This document shows, in pieces, positions 63,850 through 64,000 of a DNA stretch of 64,000 nucleotides. The DNA is from Camelus ferus (taxonomy: Eukaryota). The stretch spans positions 12,216,001 through 12,280,000 of the forward strand of contig NC_045698.1 in NCBI RefSeq assembly GCF_009834535.1, given 5' to 3'. Position 1 is the first letter of the stretch, and each line of letters opens with the position of its first letter. A program made the translations under genes and the position numbers. The notes beneath the pieces are model-generated. The model worked only from the letters and a program-made list of their open reading frames with translations, had not been told where the DNA came from and ran no database searches.

Positions 63850-63926
63850 GGTGGGTGGGTAGAGCTCAGTGGTAGAGCGCATGCTTAGCATGCACAGGGT
63901 CCTGGGTTCAATCCCCAGCACCTCAC
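63850..63926 (+). mobile_element. tRNA-Ala(AGC)-like SINE head without an A-tail
   Basis: AGCTCAGTGGTAGAGCGCATGCTTAGCATGCACAGGGTCCTGGGTTCAATCCCCAGCACCTC; acceptor and anticodon stems are mismatched. Confidence 0.85.
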
Positions 63927-64000
63927 TAAGATCACCAGACTGCGTTTCTCTCAGGACAGTGTTCAAGCACGGGGCCTTTATGGCTGGAGCAGTCCAAAAA

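Larger units (their letters stand above)
1..64000 (-). other. MYO10: Body of the MYO10 (myosin-X) gene; the window spans from intron 2 to intron 18 and contains neither end of the gene
   Basis: Sixteen GT-AG-bounded exons splice in frame into a myosin motor domain matching the recalled human/bovine myosin-X sequence from VFTYKQSTITHQK to RRPTVSSQFK. Confidence 0.97.

Noticed and set aside
63850..63926. Functional tRNA-Ala(AGC) gene (also the copies at 43-178, 5447-5536 and 54906-55008)
   Set aside because: Acceptor and anticodon stems are mismatched and position 8 is not T; the other copies have A-tails, most with TSDs, so these are SINEs
39691..64000. MYO10 exon 2 or a nested gene in the 24-kb exon-free region
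   Set aside because: No sequence encoding GTRVWLRENGQHFPSTV was seen, and no ORF with splice signals or domain similarity; consistent with a long intron 2. Conserved enhancers or poison exons cannot be excluded by eye.

Overview
Mammalian genomic DNA lying entirely inside one large gene, unconventional myosin X (MYO10), on the minus strand. Sixteen coding exons can be reconstructed by hand with canonical splice sites and a continuous reading frame: 1728 nt, 576 aa. They correspond to human exons 3-18, about residues 41-616 of the motor domain, and include the P-loop GESGAGKT, switch [10 protein letters not shown] and switch II DIFGFE. Exons 1-2 and 19 onward lie outside the window. The rest is intron with tRNA-Ala-derived SINEs, young L1 3' ends, old L1M, MIR, L2, MaLR/MER21/MER41-like LTRs and hAT MITEs; the SINE/L1 complement suggests a camelid (inference). 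Most ORF-track entries are noise or antisense shadows of exons. I see no convincing novel biological system. The most interesting signals are: a U12-type (minor spliceosome) intron abutting a 14-nt microexon; an exon with 61 of 62 codons ending in G/C inside a local CpG island, followed by a G-quadruplex-type G-run cluster; a SINE inserted 19 nt from a splice acceptor; two local duplications; and a strong CTCF motif. Exon numbering and repeat-family names come from recall, not from a database search, and repeat boundaries are approximate.
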